From positions 33,030,563 to 33,094,562 of the forward strand of contig NC_057719.1 in assembly GCF_004010195.1 (NCBI RefSeq): DNA of 64,000 bases, given 5' to 3'. The notes under the pieces were generated by a model. That model had not been told where the DNA came from, ran no database searches, and worked only from the letters and a program-made list of their open reading frames with translations. A program made the position numbers and the translations under genes. Every line of letters starts with the position of its first letter. The stretch's first letter is position 1. The stretch comes from Chiloscyllium plagiosum. Lineage: Eukaryota. This document shows, one piece after another, positions 1 to 13,989 of this stretch.

Positions 1-199
1 GTTGTCAGACCTGCTGAGATATGAAGACCAACACCAGACATAGCTCAAAAATGAGTTGCCAATTTGATGAAGCCAACACATCATGAAGAAACAGCTGAAG
101 CATTTGAAATCGCCTTCAGCCTGGGATTAAATTTAAGACTACGGTCCACATCATTACAAATGCTAATCATCAGCCATTCTAATTCATCCCACATGATAT

Positions 200-1735
200 T
201 AATATACAACTGAACTCACTGGATACAGCAAAGGCTACAAACTCCAACAACATCCCAGCCGTACTACTGAAGACTTGAGCTGGGGAACAAGCTGTGCCTC
301 TAGCCAAGCTGCTCCAGTACAGTCACAACACTGGCATCTACCCGTAATGTGGAAAATTGGAAAGTGGAAAATTATGTCTTGTCAGGTCAAATCCAATCTG
401 GCTAATTACAACCCTCTGAGCACACTCTCAATCATCAGCAAACTGATGGAAGTTGCTGTTGATACTATTAGAAAGCAGCACTTATTTACCAAGAACTCTC
501 TCACTGATGTTTACTTTGGGTTCTACTAGGACGAGCTGGCTCCACATACCATTGTAGTGTTGGTCCAAACATGGAAAAACAAATTGAATCCAAGCGGTGA
601 GATGAAAATGACTGCCATTAATATCAGGGCAGCATTTAATCAAATGTGATCCCAAGAGCCTTAGTAAAACTGAAGCCAGTGTCTATCAGGAGGAAATCTC
701 CTTAGCCAGCTTGAGTTGTACTGAACACAAAGGACAGTATTTATTTTTGTTAGAGGTCCAACACCCCAGCTCAAGTTATTGTCATGGGATATCCTCGGGG
801 AAATGTACACATCTAACCACTTTAATTGCTACATCAATGACTTTATTAGGCCAGAAGTGGTGATATTCACTACCATGGTACAGTATTGAGTTAGGGCTGA
901 AAATGTGTTGCTGGAACAGCGCAGCAGGTCAGGCAGCATCCAGGGAACTGGAGAATCGACGTTTCAGGCAAAAGCCCTTCTTCAGGGCTTCAGTATTGAG
1001 TTACACAAGTAACTCCTTGGAAATGAAGCCAGTCTTCCCTGCATGCAGCAAGACCCGAGCAATATTCAAGCAGGTGTTGATTAAGTGGTCAATAATATTC
1101 ATACCATCTGAGTGCCAGGCAACTACTGACCACAAGTGCCAGGTAATCAAAATGATTTCTTTTGATATCCAACAGAATTAACTGAGTTGAATCTCCCACC
1201 ATAAACATCTTAGGGTTTACCCACTGTCACAAAGATAAATGGATTCGCTGTAATTTATTGTTCATTCCTAAATGCCCTTGTGGTGGTGGTAGTTGTACTG
1301 GGTTACAACAGCAGGTCAGTGGACAGTAACTCCACAGTGAATAATCTGTCTTCTGACTCCCCAATGTCCACCATCTACAAGGCACAAACTAGGAGTCTGA
1401 ATAAATACGCTCAATTTGCATAGGATAATGGAGCTCAAAAAACACTCAAGAAACTGAACACCATTTAAAACTTGGTAGGTACTCCAACCATTGCTTTAAT
1501 ATTTCTCTTCCCACCACCAGCAGTAGTGTATAACAATAACAAGCTGCACTGCAGCAATTCACAACGGATCCTTCAACAGCACCTTGTGAACCCAGGGGTT
1601 CCACTATCTAGATAAACAAGGGCAGTCGGTGCATTGCAACATCCACACATGCAAGTTCCCCTCAAATCAGAAAGCATCCTGACTTGAAACTGTATTATTG
1701 TTCCTTCATCATTGCTGGGTCAAAATCTGGAACAC
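200..1735 (+). mobile_element. Old decayed non-LTR retrotransposon (CR1/L2-group RT region and 3' part), interrupted by a PLE end at 894-990
   Basis: Frameshifted RT N-terminal motif WKI...KSNLANYNPLSTLSIISKLME (ORF 275-529); its 3' part resembles the reverse-oriented copy near 34860-35330. Confidence 0.65.
894..990 (-). mobile_element. Short PLE terminal fragment with minimal hammerhead motif and 13-bp TSD
   Basis: CAGTATTGAGTTA at 881-893 and 991-1003; minus strand 985-958 reads CTGAAGA-agggcttttgcct-GAAACGTC. Confidence 0.85.
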
Positions 1736-1744
1736 TTTTCCAAG

Positions 1745-2270
1745 AACATAAAACTAGGAGCAGAAGTAAACAATTCAGCCCCTAGTGCCCGATCTGTTAT
1801 TGGATATGATCATAGCTGATCTCGACTCCATTTTCCTGCCTGCTCTCCTTAAGCCTTCAAACCATTAGTACTGAAAAATATGTCTATCTCATTCTTAAAT
1901 TTACTTAACTTCCCATACTCTGGAGTAGTGAATTCCATAGATTCACAACACTTTAGAGAAGTAATTTCTCCTCATCTCTGTTTTAAATCTGCTACCCCTT
2001 ATCCTAAAAATATGGTTTCACAATCTAGATTGTTCCATATGCGGAAATGTCACTTCTATGTCTGCTTTGTCAATCCTGTTTAGCATCTGATATACCTTAG
2101 CAGGATATCCTCTGATCCTTCTAAATGCCACAGAGGCCAAAACTGTTCAATCTCTCTTCATAACATAAACCCTTTTTTGGGTACCAATCTAGAGAACTTC
2201 CTCTGAATTGCCTCCAATACAACTACATCCCTCCTCAAGTAAGGGCTCCCCTAAATTGCGCACAAGTCTC
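1745..2270 (-). mobile_element. Old CR1 LINE 3' end
   Basis: Reverse-complement CR1 tail (aagaacataaaactaggagcagaagta...) followed by decayed RT C-terminal sequence. Confidence 0.6.
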
Positions 2271-3579
2271 ATTGCAGTATTATGCATACACTTACATTAA
2301 GTGGCCTGCAGCCGTTCAAAATGGTAGCTCAGCATCACTGTCTCACATCAATGCTCACATCCCACTACAGATGAAATAAAATACTTAATTAATTTATCTG
2401 AGACCCTGACTGTAGAACACAAGCAGTTTAAAGACAACTATATGTATTGATGCTGTTTGTAGATTTTTCAAAATGGATAGGCTATCATAGACCAGATGGT
2501 CTGCCTCATGCATATTAAATGGTTAGTGCATAAACTTTCCTTGATGTTTGGTGGAGCAGCACATGCAACATTTTTGTGCATGAGAAAAAAATGTTCAAAT
2601 GAAAAGCTATTTTGTTCAATGCGCAACAGAATGACAGCATGGTCTGTCCACCAAAGACTGAACTGTGCTCTTAAAAGATGAAGGAATGGTTAGAAAGGAC
2701 TCTTTCATTTTACACCCATGGTATTGACCACATAATGATCTATGGAATCATTAACAAGTTCCACTGCAGACGTTCCAGAGCCACTCTACAGCAGGAAACA
2801 CCTGCTCATAAGAATAAGCTGGCACTATTTCAGTGGGAGGTCAAATTTAAGCAGCTTTAAATTGAAATCCCAGGATGTATTCTTCTGTAACCTCACTGAT
2901 TGCCATGATGACAGGAAAGAAATCATTAACAAAGCCAGCGTCAAGCTGCTAATAAAGTTTTATGAACTGAGACAGCTTGTGGACTATAGCACCATACTGC
3001 TTTCAACTATGCTGGGAGTTCAATATATCCTTCTGTCTTTATTGTCCAATATTTCAAACATTTGTATTCTCGGAATGGAGGAAGTGTAAATTCTTCATTG
3101 GAGTAATGCTGACTCAACTGGAATCTTTTCTTGTGAGCTGAATTTTATGATCACATTCAGATTCTCACTCCGCCCCTTCCTTTTCTACAAAACCAGACAG
3201 CTCCGCATTTCAGACAGGAGATTGTGATCAGGGCTCCTTCAGATATACAAAACCATAACTGCATTCTAATAGCTACCTCAACTGCGGAACTGTCAGGGGA
3301 AAGCAAACCATCTCCCTTTTTCACGGCAGTGAGCTGCTGTATTCTGAAATTCGAAAATCCAGAATTGCAGGGAGCCACTGACAATTGTTGTCAAACAGTG
3401 AGTATGTAAGGTAAGTGGAATGTTGGAATAGGGTCATCGGGTCAGGCTTGGGGGGAATGATGGAAGTGGTTTAGAGGAGGTTTAGTTAAGGGTCTGTGAG
3501 TTTAGTATCAGTGTCAGTTAAATAGTTAGTTGTGAGTAGCCTAACTTCTCCTGAGTAGTTATTTACTTAATTTGGAATT

Positions 3580-5453
3580 TTAGAATAGAATTAGATTATG
3601 TTTCAAAATGAGACAATTCAATTTGAGACAGGGATAATAAGTTTGAATAAGGGAAACTATGAAGGTGTCAAGGCACAAATTGACAGAGGTGGACTGGAAA
3701 GTTAGATTAAAAGTTATGACTGTACATAGGCATTAGATGGTCTTTAGAGAACTATTACATACCTTACATTAACTGTACATTCTTTCAAAGTGCAAAAACT
3801 CCCTGGACGTTCAGTCAATTTTGGCTAACAAAAGAAGTTCAGAATTATACAAGATTTAAAGAAAAAGCCTATGAAATTGTCAGAATTGGCAATAATTCTA
3901 AGGATTGGGAGGTTTATGAGATACAATAAAAGAAGGACCAAGAAATTGATATGCAAAGAGAAAATCACAAATGAATGCAACCTCGCAAAAAAAAAAGACA
4001 CAAAAATGGATGATAGAAGCTTCTTTGTATTCGTAAAAAGGACCAGTTGGATACAAGATTGGCTTGAAGGTAGGAGACAGAAGGTGATGGTGAAGGGTTG
4101 CTTTTCAGATTGGAGGCCTTTGAACAGCAATATGCCACAAGGAGCAGTGCTGGGTCCACTGCTTTTACATAAATGATTTGCATGTGAAAATAGGAGGGAT
4201 GGTTAATAAGTTTATAGATGAGTCCAAAATGGGTGGTGTAGTGGACAGAGAAGAAGGTGATCTCAGAGTACAACGGTACCTTGATCAAATAGACCAGTGG
4301 GCTGAGGAGTGGCAGGTGGGAGTTTAATTTACATAAATGTGAGATATTACATTTTGGTAAGGCAATCAGGCAGGACTTATACAGTTAATTGTAGCACCCT
4401 GGGGATATTGCCGAACAAAGAGATCTAGAAGTGCAGGTGCAAAGTTCCTTGAAAGTGGAATCGCAGGTAGATAGGGTGATGAAGAAGATGTTTGGCATGT
4501 TTGCCTTCATTGGGCAGTGCTTTGAGTACAGAAGTTGGGAGGTCATGTCATGGTTGTTGATTAGTCCACTTTTGGAATACTGCATTCAAAATTAGTCTCC
4601 CTGCTACAGGAAGGATGTTGTTAAACTTGAAAGATTGACAAAGATGTTGCTGGCATGGGAGGATTTGAGCTATAGGGAAAGGCTGAATAGGCAGGGGCTG
4701 TTTTCCCTGGAGTGTCAGAGGCTGAGGGGTGACCTTGTAGAGGTTCATAAAATCATGAGGGGCATGGATAGGGTGAACAGTGAAGGTCTTTTTCCCAGGG
4801 TAAGGGAGTCCAAATTTAGATGGCATAGGTTTAAGGTGAGAGCAAAGTGATTTAAAAGAGATCTAAGGGGAAACCTTTTTCAAGCAGAGAATGGTTCATG
4901 TTTGGAATGAACTACCAGAGGCAGTGGTGGAGGCGAGTATCATTAAAAAGTTTAAAAATCATCTGGATGGGTATATGAATTGGAAAGGTTTAGAGGGAAA
5001 TGGGCCAAATTCTGGCAAATTGGATGATGTTAGATTGGGATGTCTGGTCGGAATGGTTGAGTTGGACCTAATAGTCTGTTTCTATGCTGTACAACTCTAT
5101 GACTCCATAATGACTGTGAGTCGATTACAGGCAAGTCAGGTGAATTTATAACAGTGAATAGTGAAATGGCAGGGACCCTAAATTATTACTTCCTGTCCGT
5201 TTTCACTGACAAAAATACAGGAAATCTTTCAGAATCAGAGATCATAGTGACGAGAGAGAGTGTGGTATTGATGGAAATTAGTACCATTAATAAGATTGGC
5301 CCGGAGGAATTAATAGCCTTAAAGCTAATAAATCCCCAACACCTGATGGTTTACATCCCAGAGTGAAGGAGATGGTGATAGCGATAGTCAATGCACTGGT
5401 GATTATCTTCCAAAATTCTATACATTCTGGAATGATGCCTTTGGATTGGATGC
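3580..5453 (+). mobile_element. Composite CR1: old ORF2 fragment with a younger CR1 3' portion (about 4040-5110) nested in it
   Basis: [39 protein letters not shown] and LSYRERLNRQGLFSLECQRLRGDLVEVHKIMRG motifs; CR1 tail ctctatgactc near 5095-5105. Confidence 0.85.
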
Positions 5454-8048
5454 ATGATGTGGAGGAGCTGGTGTTGGACTGGGGTGGTCAAAGTTAAAAA
5501 TCACACAACACCAGGTTATCATCCAACAGGTTTATTTGGAAGCACTAGCTTTCAAAGTGCTGCTCCTTTTTCAGGTGGTTGTGGAGCAGAATCATAGGAC
5601 ACAGACTTTACTGCCCCAGGATTGCAATGTCATGGAATGAAATATTAAACAAATTTAGCTTAAGTCTTTCATCTTTTAGAATGACCATGTTAGCTTTGAT
5701 TCCTTTATATGTAAATCCCAGAACCTTTTTAAAGTTACATTATCAAGATAGCTTTTGACAATGGGTGTCACCTTAGCTCAGATAATGCATTGGAGGTGTG
5801 AAGTTAAAGTCTGTCTGTGTTCCAGTGTTAGGTCAGATTGATTCTATTTCTAAAGTGGGAGTTACAGAATCTTACATGGATTTATGCAGTTTTGAGTAAA
5901 AACAAAATGTAATTATGCAAGTACAAATTCACCCCACAAACTGATAGGTGTGTGTGTGTGAGTGTGTACATGTGGGTGTGTGTGGGGTGGGTGTGAGTGT
6001 CTGTGAGAGATTGTGTGTCTGTGTATGAGTGTAAAGGGGTATAAGTCTGTGAGAGAGTGCGTGTGTGTGAGCATACGAGAGAGAGCTTGTGTCTGAGAGA
6101 GGGTCTCTGTGTTGTGTGTGTGTGTGTGCGCATGTATAGTGTAGTGGGGTCACCTGTAATGTGACACGAACCCAAGGTCCAGTTGCGGCCATCCCCATGG
6201 GTACTGAACTTGGCTATCAGCCTCTGCTTGACCACTTTATGTTGTTGCCTGCCCCAAAGTCCGCCTTGGAGGATGGTCACCCAAAGGTCCAATGCTGAAT
6301 ATCCTGGACCGCTGAAGTGTTCTCCGACTGGGAGGGACCACTCCTCTCTGTTGATTGTTGTGCAGTGTCTATTCATTTGTTGCCGTAGTCTCTGCTCGGG
6401 CTCACCAATGTATCATGCCTCAGGGCACCCTTGCCTGCAGCATATAAGATAGACATCATTGGCTGAGTCACATGAGTACCTGACACATACATGGTTGGTG
6501 GTATCCCCACGTGTAATTGTGGTATCTGAGTCAACACTCTGACAGGTCTTGCAGCGTCTGCCATGACAGGGTTGTATGGTGATGATCTGTTTAAGGTTTG
6601 ACAGTTGTTTAAAAGCAAGAGGTGGAGGCATGGGAAAGGTCTTGGCGAGGTGCTCATCCTCATCGATAATGTGTTGTAGGCCATGAAGAACATGGCGTAG
6701 TTTTTTGGCTCCTGGGAAGTACTGGACAACGAAGGGTACCTTATTGGTTGCAGCTAGTGACTGTCTCCTGAGGAGGTCATTACGCTTTCTTGCTGTGGCA
6801 TGTCAGAACTGGCGGTCGATGAGTTGAGCATTGTATCCCGTTCTTATGAGAGCATGTATGAGTGCTTCTAACTGTCCATCACTCCTCCTCATCTGAACAG
6901 ATCCTTTGTATGCATAGGGCTTGTCCGTAGTCAATGGATATTTTAATATTTTTCAGGGGGCAGCTAGAGAAGTGTAGCATGGGGAGGTTATCCATGGGTT
7001 TGTGGTAGAGTGAGGTGCTGAGGTGTCCATTCTTGATGGAGATGCATGTGTCCAAGAATGAGACAGATACTAAAGAGTAGTCCATGGTGAGTTTGATGGT
7101 GGGATGAAACTCGTTGATATCACTGTGTAGTTGTTTCAGTGACTCCTTGCCATGAGGAAGAAAATATCATCAATGTACCTGGTGTATAGTGTTGGTTGGC
7201 GGTCCTGTGCATTGACTGCCAGTTCCGACATGTCACAGCAAAAAACCGTAATGACCTCCACAGGAGACAGACACGAGCTGCAACTCATTGTTCAGTACTT
7301 CCTGGGAGCCGAAAAACTACGCCATGTTCTTCTTGGCCGCCAACACATTATCGATGAGGATGAGCACCTTGCCAAAACCTACCCAACACCTCCCCTTCTC
7401 ACCTTTAAACAACCGTCAAACCTGAAACAGATCATTGTTCACAGCAAACCGCCTGGCCTTCAGGCCAACACCATACAACCCTGTCGCGGCAGATGCTGCA
7501 AGACAGATACCACCATTACACGTGGGGACACCACCCACCATGTATGCAGCAGGTACTCATGTGACTCAGCCAATGTTGTCTATCTCATATGCTGAAGGCA
7601 AGGATGTCCTGAGGCATGTTACATTGGTGAGACCAAGCAGAAGCTATGGCAACGGATGAATGGAAACTGCACAACAATCACCAGACAGGATTTATACCCC
7701 TTTACACTCTCACAGACACACACTCTCTCACAGACACTAACACCACCACGTCCCTCCATCCCCACCCCCACCTCACATACACCCACATGCACACACTCAT
7801 TTGGTCTCCTCTGCACACACCCACACCAACACATATACATATAAGTTTGTGGGGTGAATTTGTATTTGCAGAATTACATTTTGTTTTACTCAAAAACTGC
7901 ATAAATCTTTGTAAGATTCTATTACTCCCATTTTAGAAATAAAATCAGTGTGACCTAACATTGACACATGGACAGACTTTAACTTCACACCTTAAATGCA
8001 TTATCTGAGCAGACGTGACACCCATTGTCAAAATCTATCTTGGAAATT

Positions 8049-8186
8049 AAAAATCACACAACACCAGGTTATAGTCCAACAGGTTTAATTGGAACCACTA
8101 GCTTCATCAGTTGGTTGGACTATAACCTGGTGTTGTGTGATTTTTAATTTTGTACACTCCAGTCCAACACCGGCACCTCCCAATTA
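8049..8186. mobile_element. Mini fold-back PLE of the same family nested in the plus arm
   Basis: Inverted arms aaaatcacacaacaccaggttatagtccaac / gttggactataacctggtgttgtgtgattttt; TSD TATCTTGGAAATT 8036-8048 / TATCTTGAAAATT 8187-8199. Confidence 0.85.
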
Positions 8187-8360
8187 TATCTTGAAAATTT
8201 AACTTTAAAAACTTGTGGGATTTACATATGAAGGAACCGAAGCTAACATGGTCATTCCAAAAGATAAAGACATAAGCTTAATTTGTTTAATATTACATTC
8301 CATGACAATGCAACCCTGTTGCTATATAGTCTGTGTCTTTTGATTCTGCTCCATAACTAC

Positions 8361-8389
8361 CTGATGAAGAAGCAGTCCTCCGAAAGCTA
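8361..8389 (+). ncRNA. Minimal type I hammerhead ribozyme motif (PLE terminus)
   Basis: CTGATGA-agaagcagtcctcc-GAAAGCTA; the inverted partner at about 5546-5574 has a mutated core (CTGAAAA). Confidence 0.7.
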
Positions 8390-11300
8390 GTGCTTCCAAA
8401 TAAACCTGTTGGACTATAAACAGGGGATGTGTGATTTTTAACTTTGTGGATTTGATGCCAGCAAATGTCAGCCCGCTATTTAAGAAGGAACTAAGAGGGA
8501 AAAATGCAAACCTGCTAGCCTTACATCAATAGTGGAGAAAGTGGTATAATCTCTTAGAAAGGATTGGATAAATAGAATGATAAAGATCTGATTGGCCATA
8601 GCATGGATTTCTGAATGGGAAAGAGTGTTTGCCAAACTTGGCACATCAAATAAGAGAAAAGATAATGGCATGGATTAATGTTGGCTAACAGACAGAAAAT
8701 AGAGAATAGATATAACTGGATCATTCTCATCTTGGCAGGTTGTGACTGACAGCTAGAACTCTGATTGGTTGAATCCACATTGCCCCACCCCTAGTATTTT
8801 GGCCCTGAGCCCCAGACTTTTATTGGATAAATATTCATGGATAAGAAAAGTTTGGAGGGATATGGGCCAGCGCAGGCATGTGAGACAAACTTTGTTTGGG
8901 ATTATGGTCAGCATGGACTAGTTAGACGAAAGGTCTATTTCTGTGCTGTATGACTCTGATCTATGACAAGCATTTTTGGAGCTATGGAACTTAGTGTGAC
9001 CCACTCCATGGATTATAGAGTCACTGACTCCTGAGCAAGAATATGCCAACCAGTGCTTGACCATGGCCAAACTCTGGACTGGAATCAAAGGCTGGCTTTC
9101 AGTGTCGTGATCCCATGACTGACAAATGCCTCTTTTGACTTCAGTGTAGACTACTCCCTGAATACCTTGAAACATGATAGGTTCTTGTTGCAAATGTAAT
9201 GTGTTTTCTGAATAAGATGTAGGCAGATGGGTCAGGTGTGAGATTGATGTAGTTCATGAGCATACAACAAGTTGTGCAACCCCTTCAATGAAGACTGCTG
9301 ACTAGCAAGGCAAGATTCTTGGTTGTCTGACCAGCCTTGTTGGGTGTCTTGAAAAACACTAAGTAGGTAAGTTCCCATGCTGAGATTTATCCCAGGATAC
9401 TGAAGAGAGGAGATTGTTGGAGCCTTGGCAGAAATCTTTGTTTCTGCTTCATCCACAGGCGAGATCCCAGAAGCCTGGAAAATAACCAATGCTGTGCCTT
9501 TGTTTAAGAAAGGAAACATGTATAATCTAGGAAATTATTGGCTGGTGAGCCTCACATCAGTTGTAGGAAAATTACTGGATAAGATTCTTCGGGAGAAGAT
9601 TTACTTGCATTGTAAAGTACTAGACTTATTTGGGACAGTCAGCATGGCTTCATCAGGAGAGGTGTTGTTTCACAATTTTCAATTATTGTTTTAAGCAACA
9701 GCCAAGTTTCTGGTATTGAGACTGGCTCGAATGAAATGAGGGGTACGTCGGGTTCCAAGGGATCAATTGTGTTAGGGGATTCTCTAGTCCGAGGTACAGA
9801 CAGACGTTTCTGTGGCCAGCAGCGAAAAAGCAGAATGGTGTGTTGTTTCCCTAGTGCCAGGATCAAGGCTGTCTCAGAGAGGGTGTAGAATTTTCTCAAG
9901 GGGGAGAGGGGCCAGCAAGAGGTCATTGTTTACATTGGAACCAACGACATAGGAAGGGAAAAGGTTGAGATTCCGAAAGGAGATTACAGAGAGTTAGGCA
10001 GAAATTTAAAAAGGAGGTCCTTGAACTGTAATATCCAGATTACTCCCAGTGCTACGAGCTAGTGAGGGCAGGAATAAGAGGATAGAGCAGATGAATGCAT
10101 GGCTGAGGAGCTGCTGTATGGGAGAAGGATTCACATTTTTTGATCTTTGGAATCTCTTTTGGGGTAGAAGTGACCTGTACAAGAAGGACGATTTGCCCCT
10201 ATATTGGAAGGGGACTAATATACTGGCAGGGAGATTTACTACAGCTGCTCAGGAGGATTTAAACTAGTAAGGTGGGGTAGTGGGACCCAGGGAGATAGTG
10301 AGGAAAGAGATCAATCTGAGACTGGTACAGTTGAGAACAGAAGCGAGTCAAACATTCAGGGCAGGCAAGGACAAGGTAGGACTAATAAATTAAACTGCAT
10401 TTATTTCAATACAAGGGGCCTAACAGGGAAGGCAGATGAACTCAGGGCATGGTTAGGAACATGGGACTGGGATATCATAGCAATTACAGAAACATGGCTT
10501 AGGGATGGGCAAGACTGGCAGCTTAATGTTCCGGGATACAAATGTTACAGGAAGGATAGAAAGGGAGGCAAGAGAGGAGGGGGAGTGGCATTTTTGATAC
10601 AGGATAGCATTACAGCTAGGCTGAGGGAGGATATTCCCAGAAAAACATCCAGGGAAGTTTTTGGGTAGAACTGAGAAATAAGAAAGGGATGATCACCTTA
10701 TTGGGATTGTATTATAGACCCCCTAACAGTCAGAGGGAAATTGAGAAACAAACTTGTAAGGAGATCTCAGCTATCTGTAAGAATAATAGGGTGGTTTTGG
10801 CAGGGGATTTTAACTTTCCAAACATGGACTGGGACTGCCATAGTGTTAAAGGTTTAGATGGAGAGGAATTTGATAAGTGTATACAAGAAAAAATTCTCAT
10901 TCAGTATATGGATGTACTACTACAGAAGGTGCAAAACTTGACCTACTCTTGGGAGATAAGGCAGGGCAGGTGACTGAGGTGTCACTGGGGGAGCACTTTG
11001 GGGCCAGCGACTGTAATACTATTAGATTTAAAATAGTGATGGAAAGTAATAGATCAGATCTAAAAGTTGAAGTTCTAAGTTGGAGAAAAGCCAATTTTGA
11101 TGGTATTAGGCAAGAACTTTCAAAAGCTGACTGGGGACAGATGTTGGCAGGTAAAGGGACAGCTGGAAAATGGGAAACTTTCAGAAATGAGATACTGGGA
11201 ATCCAGGGTGAATGAAAGGAAAGGCTAGTGGATTTAGTGAATGCTAGATGACTAAAGAAATTGAGGGTTTGGTGAAGAAAAAGAAGGAGGAATATGTAAG

Positions 11301-12463
11301 ATAAAGACAGGATAGATCGAGTGAATCCTTAAAAGATGGCAGTAGGAGTATACTTAAGAGGGAGATCAGGAGGGCAAAAAGGGGGCATGAGATAGCTTTG
11401 GCAAATTGAATTAAGGAGGATTACAAATACATTAAGGACAAAAGGGTAACGAGGGAGACAATAGGGCCTCTCAAAGATCAGCAAGGCGGCCTTTGTGTGG
11501 AGCCGCAGAAAATGGGGGAGATACTAAACAAGTATTTTGCATCAGCATTTACTGTGGAAAAGGATATGGAAGATAAAGACTGCAGGGAAATAGATGGTGA
11601 CACCTTGCAAATGTCCATATTACAGAGGAGGAAGTGCTGGATGTCTTGAAACGCATAAAGGTGAATAAATCCACAGGACCTGATCAGCTGTACCTAGAAC
11701 TCTGTGGGAAGCTACAGAAGTGATTTCTGGGCCTCTTGCTGAGATATTTGTATCATTGATAGTCACAGGTGAGGTACCGGAAGACTAGAGGTTGGCAAGT
11801 GTAGTGCCATGATTTAAGAAGGGTGGTAAGGACAAGCCAGGGAACTATAAACCAGTGAGCCTGACCTCGGTGGTGGGCAAGTTGTTGGAGGGAATCCTGA
11901 GGGACAGGATGTACATGTATTTGGAAAGGCAAGGACTGACTAGCGATAGTCAACATGGCTTTGTGGGTGGGAAATCTTGTCTCACAAACTTAATTGAGTT
12001 TTTTGAAGAACTAACAAAGAGGATTGATGAGGGCAGAGCGGTAGATGTGATCTATATGGACTTCAGTAAGGCGTTCTACAAGGTTCCCCATGGGAGACTG
12101 GTGAGCAAGATTAGATCTCATGGAATACAGGGATAACTAACCATTTGGATATGGAACTGGCTCAAAGGTAGAAGACAGAGGGTGGTGGTGGAGGGTTGTT
12201 TTTCAGACTGGAGGCCTGTGAGCAGTGGAGTGCCACAAGGATCGGTGCTGGGTCCTCTACTTTTTGTCATTTACAAAAATGATTTGGATGTGAACATAAG
12301 AGGTATAGTTAGTAAATTTGCAGATGACACCAAGAAGGATACCTCAGACTACAACAGGATCTTGACCAAATGGGCCAATGGGCTGAGAAGTGGCAGATGG
12401 AGATTAATTCAGATAAATGCGAGGTGCTGCATTTTGGGAAAGCAAATCTTAGCAGGACTTATA

Positions 12464-12491
12464 NNNNNNNNNNNNNNNNNNNNNNNNNNNN
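12464..12491. other. Assembly gap (28 N) inside a CR1 copy
   Basis: Run of n; the related copy at 23265-24645 has a few hundred bases at this position. Confidence 0.98.
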
Positions 12492-13196
12492 GCGTTGGAG
12501 GCTGAGGGGTGACCTTATAGAGGTTAACAAAATTATGAGGGGCATGGATAGGATAAATGGACAGTCTTTTCCCTGGGGTCAAGGAGTCCAGAACAAGAGG
12601 GCATAGGTTTAGGGTGAGAGGGGAGAGACATCAGGGGCAACGTTTTCCACAGAGGGTGGTACGCGTATGGAATGAGCTGCAGAGGAAGTGGTGAAGGCTG
12701 GTACAATTACAACATTTAAGAGGATGGGTATATGAATAGAAAGGGTTTGGAGAGATATGGGCCAGGTTCTTGCAGGTGGGACTAGATTGGGTTGGGATAT
12801 CTGGTCGGCATGGACGATTGGACCGAAAGGTCTGTTTCCATGCTGTACATCTCTATGACTCTATGACTAAGTTACAAACATAATTGATGAGGGTAGGGCA
12901 GAGATTATTGTCTACCCAGGCTTTATTAAAGAATTTGACAAATTCCTTCATGATCGTCTGGTCTCGGAGATTAAGTCGCTTGGTATCCATGGTGAGTTGT
13001 TATGTTAGATACAAAATTTGCTTGGTCATAGAATACTGTGGATAATTGTGCAGGGGTTTTATTCTGACAGAGGGTCTGTGACCAGTGGTGTTTTGCAGGG
13101 ATCAGTTTGGGACTTTTGAGTTTGTAATATATATTAATAATCTGGATAAACATTAACTCGTCTGATTAATAAGTTTGCGGATGACATGAAAATTAG

Positions 13197-13489
13197 ATTA
13201 CTTACAGTGTGGAAACAGGCCCTTCGGCCCAACAAGTCCACACCGACCCTCCAAAACGCAACCCACCCAGACCCATTCCCCTACACCTAACACTATGGAC
13301 AATTTAGCATGGCCAATTCACCTAACCTGCACATTTTTGGACTATGGGAGGAAACCGGAGCACCCGGAGAAAACCTACGCAGACGTGGGGAGAATGTGCA
13401 AACTCAGTCAGTCGCCTGAGGCAGGAATTGAACCCAGGTCTCTAGTGCTGTGAAGCAGCAGTGCTAACCACTGTGCCACCGTGCCACCC
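13197..13489 (-). mobile_element. HE1-type V-SINE (tRNA-derived head, CR1-like tail)
   Basis: Minus strand ggcacggtggcacagtggttagcactgctg (A box) ... gggttcaattcc (B box), V-domain gagtttgcacattctcccc, tail ggcctgtttccacactgtaagtaatctaa. Confidence 0.9.
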
Positions 13490-13989
13490 ATTAGTAGACC
13501 TGTGGCTCATAAGGAAAGTTATCAAAGCATACAGCACAATATAGATCCGTTGGAAAGCTGGATTGAGAAATAGTGTTTAATCCAGACAAGTGTGGTGATG
13601 TATGTTATGAGATCAATTGCGAGAGGAGTATTGGCATACAGGGGACACAGTGGTGCATGTCCAACTCTTCCTGGAAGTTGGAGGCTGAGGGGTGACCTGA
13701 TAGAGATACATAAAATTATGAGAGACATGGATAGTCAGAGTCTTTTTCCCGGGGCGTAAATGTCAAATATTCGGGGGCATAGATTTAAGGTATGAGGTAA
13801 ATAGTTTAAAGGAGATGTGTGAGATAACTTTTTTTAAATAAAGGGCGATAGGTGCATGGAATGCACCTCCAGGGGAGATGGTAAAAGCACATGATAGCAA
13901 CATTCAAGAGGTATTTAGAAAGATGCATAAAAAGGCAGGGAATGGAGTGATATGGACTGGGATTACAGAAGTCACTGTTTGTGGACCCC

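Larger units (their letters stand above)
5454..8446. mobile_element. Penelope-like retroelement with inverted (fold-back) structure: minus arm 5454-~7211 (RT YIDD, GIY-YIG) and plus arm ~7211-8446; 12-bp TSD
   Basis: Minus strand near 7160-7211 encodes AQDRQPTLYTRYIDDIF; FLDTCISIKNGHLSTSLYHKP and SCDSANVVYLIC...YIGET motifs present. 5490-6820 is the reverse complement of 7211-8446. TSD TGGATTGGATGC 5442-5453 / TGGATTTGATGC 8447-8458, and the host CR1 resumes after it. Confidence 0.9.
9340..13960 (+). mobile_element. Nested CR1 cluster: older CR1 (9340-9695 and 12870-13960) split by a younger 3.2-kb CR1 (about 9696-12868: ORF1 SGNH esterase end, APE endonuclease, RT, tail)
   Basis: IVLGDSLVRGTD and IGTNDIG esterase motifs (about 9765-9955); [43 protein letters not shown] and KFADDTK; tail ctatgactctatgac. 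The older element's RT reads through across the insertion. Confidence 0.9.

Noticed and set aside
5945..6135. TG/CA-rich tracts giving His/Thr-rich ORFs (also 7700-7840)
   Set aside because: Low-complexity part of the PLE 3' region present in both inverted arms; not coding.
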